Below are positions 23,916-26,685 of a DNA stretch of 26,685 nucleotides, in pieces. The stretch is from Octopus sinensis. Its lineage: Eukaryota. The notes under the pieces were generated by a model that saw only the letters and a program-made list of their open reading frames with translations, was not told where the DNA came from and did not search any database. Made by a program: the position numbers and the translations under genes. The first letter of the stretch is position 1. Each line of letters starts with the position of its first letter. The stretch is taken from the NCBI RefSeq assembly GCF_006345805.1, contig NW_021832373.1:1-26685 (forward strand), written 5' to 3'.

Positions 23916-24148
23916 GATGGCTGACCCCTCGTTATCGAGTATGGCCATTGCACGAAGCTTAACTGTTATTGGTGCTGTGATCGAATGTGACTTTTTAGCC
24001 CAGCTAAAGATCTACAATGTCTTGTACAGAATTGGCAACTAAAACCTTTACCGGCAATGGCCGGCTGTAGTTGTAACTGGGCTTCATCTACCTTTGCATG
24101 CCGTTTAAGTCCTCCTGCCAAATTACACTCTCTTCCACATGCCTGACG
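23916..24148 (-). mobile_element. Probable RTE-type LINE 3' end with C2H2-like fingers
   Basis: RECNLAGGLKRHAKV...GFSCQFCTRHCRSLAGLKSHIRSQHQ* then a short 3' region ending gggtcagccatcat-(GTAT)n. Confidence 0.6.
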
Positions 24149-24253
24149 GATACATACATACATACATACATACATACATACATACATACATACATACATA
24201 CATACATACATACATACATACGTGCGTACGTACGTACATATGTACGTACATAT

Positions 24254-24567
24254 ATGGCACCCCGTAAGTTACAACGATGGTTCAAGTTGATCCAATCAAC
24301 AGAACAGCTGCTCACGAAATTAATGAGCAAGTTGCTGAGTAGTCCACAGGCACACGTTCCCTTAACGCAATTCTCAGGGAGACTCAACATGACACAGAAT
24401 GTGACAAGGCAGGCCTTTGAATTTCATGCACTACTCATTTCTGTCAGCTGAAGGGGGTAACGTGAAATAGATAGTCATACTCAAGGGCACAATGCGCCGA
24501 AGGGAATCGAACTCACAACCTTATGATTCTGACCCGATTACTCTAACCACTGAGCCACGCACCTTCA
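24254..24567 (-). mobile_element. tRNA-derived CORE-like SINE with yet another 3' region
   Basis: Reverse complement: tggctcagtgg A box, gttcgattccc B box, ttgagtatgac...tttcacgttac...cagctgacagaaatgagtag CORE-like segment. Confidence 0.7.
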
Positions 24568-25531
24568 CGTACATACATATATACATACATACTTGCTGGA
24601 TTTGTATATTATGTCTGTGAGTGGAATGTATAAAACTCTATAGTATCAACACTGCACTTTGTACTGCACACATACAGACAAATAGAAACACGCCTACAGA
24701 CATACGCACACACACACATATATACACATGCGTATACACACTTGCATACACACACACAACACACACACACACACACACACTCGCTTTTATGTACACGCAA
24801 ACTCACGCGACGAACCAGTAAATTTTCTTTGACTACGAGCAGCTGTTTATCACAGATATACATCTATTTAGTAAGATTTGTTTTCCGCAATATTTACCAA
24901 TAATGTTTTGGTTGGCAGTTAGAATGAACAAGAAAAACATTTCGACGTAGCTTATACTTCTTTTTTTTTCTTCTTTTTAATTCATTGCCAGCTCTTGTTG
25001 CACTTACCGAGCGCCGCTTTGTGTATCTTGGATACGTGCAACACTGTAGGTTTTATATTTTAATTTTTGTATACTATTCCAGTCATGGGCAAACTGCGGC
25101 GCGCGGGACTTATTGAACGGCACGCCTAAATAAAAATTACCTTCAATTTTGTTTAGTAGTGTGTCTCGCCTGATCATAATTTATGTCTGAAAACAGTTCA
25201 CCTGTGCTTGTATTGTTCTATTGAAAGTACTCAGCACAGTATCTTTGACGTGACTAGTAGTGATATTTTCTGCATGTTGAGTCTATTTGTAAATCCCGGC
25301 TTTTAGGCTATATATATTTGTCCGCACCATTCTTCATTATTTATGATTTCCATTATCATCTTTATCAGTGTTTCGCAACCATTCTTTAACTATGGACCCC
25401 TTTGATTCCAACGATACCCTCCTAGTCATTCTATGTTTAAAAGATCTCTTATTATAATCCTATTATATTTCTATAATCAAATGTTATTAGGAATTGTATA
25501 AAAATAATTTTTAAAATGTTTTGTGTATTAC

Positions 25532-25753
25532 CCTTTACTCTCTTTTACTTGTTTCAGTCATTTGACTGCGGTCATGCTGGAGCACCGTCTTTAGTCGAGC
25601 AAATCGACCCCAGGACTTATTCTTTGTATGCCTAGTACTGATTCTATCGGTCCCTTTTTCCGAACCGCTAAGTTATGGGGACGTAAACACATGAGCATCG
25701 GTTATCAAGCGATGTTGGGGGGAAAACACAGACACACAAACACACACACATAC

Positions 25754-25785
<32 letters not shown>

Positions 25786-25793
25786 TGTATACA

Positions 25794-25827
<34 letters not shown>

Positions 25828-25986
25828 CGACGGGCTTCTTTCAGTTTCCGTCTATCAAATCCGCTCACAAGGCTTTGGTCGGCTCGAGGCTATAGTAGAA
25901 GACACTTACCCAAGGTGCCACGCAGTGGGAATGAACCCGGAACCATGTGGTTGGTAAGCAAGCCACTTACCACACTGCCACTCCTG
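25532..25986 (-). mobile_element. Full-length SINE family A
   Basis: Tail, (CA)/(TG)/(TACA) tract, head. Confidence 0.9.
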
Positions 25987-26099
25987 GCATATCAACAAAA
26001 TCTGTATGGACCCCGGTTGAAAACCATTGATCTACATTATTAGTTTCAGTTTTCAGTTTATCTCCATTTCCCCGCCGCTATAATTAGTTAACTCACCAG

Positions 26100-26685
26100 A
26101 TTTGTGGAATGACACATTGATATTTGTTGGGACTGATGCCTCGATGAGAAGACATTTCTATTTTTTTCAGGATCTCTAACAGTGACAAGTTTACTAACCT
26201 TGATCTCTCTGTCTGTGTGGTGGACTGGTATATCTCGGAGTATGGATGTTTTGTCGGCCCTGTGAGATCGCCTACGGTGACTGTTTGTATCACCTCTTTC
26301 TGTAATTCATAAATCTATCAAAATTTGACAAAGCGGTCAAAACTCTGTAAAACCCCCAACTCTGTCATGCCTGAAAATGTATTCTTTCTTGGCTAAGACT
26401 GGACAGTTAAAGGCAATGTAGTTAATTGTTTCGTCACAACCTTCCAGGTATTCTGCAGTTGCGCAATGTATTCTACTCCATTACACGCCAAGTTCAAAGG
26501 CCGACCAAGATGCTCTCATGGGCTGTGACCAAATGAGGTTTATTTTTCAACATAGTCCCATTTGTGGTCCACACACTTCTTCCATCAGTGTTGCAATGCT
26601 TAGATCCCATTGTCGACGAAGCTTTCATCATGTTGGTCAGAAAGGTCAGCAATCACAGATATGACGTCATCGTCACTGCGACACT
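26100..26685 (-). mobile_element. Degraded non-LTR retrotransposon fragment with zinc knuckle and restriction-like endonuclease (R4/Dong- or NeSL-like)
   Basis: Minus-strand pieces CRI.../DETINYIAFNCPVLAKKEYIFRHDRVG (about 26457-26355) and SILRDIPVHHTDREIKVSKLVTVRDPEK (about 26245-26160) resemble the CCHC...RHD and ILWD.P..TDR.I...RPD.V signatures; many stops and frameshifts; runs off the window end. Confidence 0.75.

Noticed and set aside
25080-25400. Two hAT-like terminal motifs (cagtcatgggcaaactgcggc; cagtgtttcgcaacc)
   Set aside because: Both in the same orientation, no inverted partner or TSD; too short to call an element
26091-26293. Minus-strand ORF with apparent GTGAGT donor as a host exon
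   Set aside because: Lies within the RLE retrotransposon relic; the recognisable motifs are in another frame

Overview
Eukaryotic, very repeat-rich genomic DNA. It is most likely from an octopus or other coleoid cephalopod, inferred from my recognition of the SINE families rather than from a database search. The only convincing host coding sequence is one giant + strand exon (14543, or internal Met 15077, to 18431). It ends at a canonical phase-1 GTAAGT donor and encodes an uncharacterised signal/anchor-bearing, coiled-coil, very heavily N-glycosylated protein; the remaining exons are not identifiable here. The rest is transposon debris and microsatellite: about 15 whole or half copies of a bipartite tRNA-derived SINE with an internal microsatellite, several other modular tRNA/CORE-type SINEs, mariner remnants and a mariner-type MITE, a fold-back element, Penelope-like fragments (GIY-YIG ORF, tails), two RTE-like zinc-finger tails and a degraded RLE-type non-LTR fragment. 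Nearly all other ORFs in the supplied track are microsatellite or repeat artefacts. The most notable observations are: a roughly 790-bp near-perfect palindrome with a 4-nt loop (20576-21367) in the presumed intron; a structurally complete minimal type-I hammerhead-like motif (13391-13425, minus) plus a degenerate covarying homologue (7172-7207, plus) in Penelope tails; and module swapping among SINE families. I do not see evidence for a wholly new multi-gene system.
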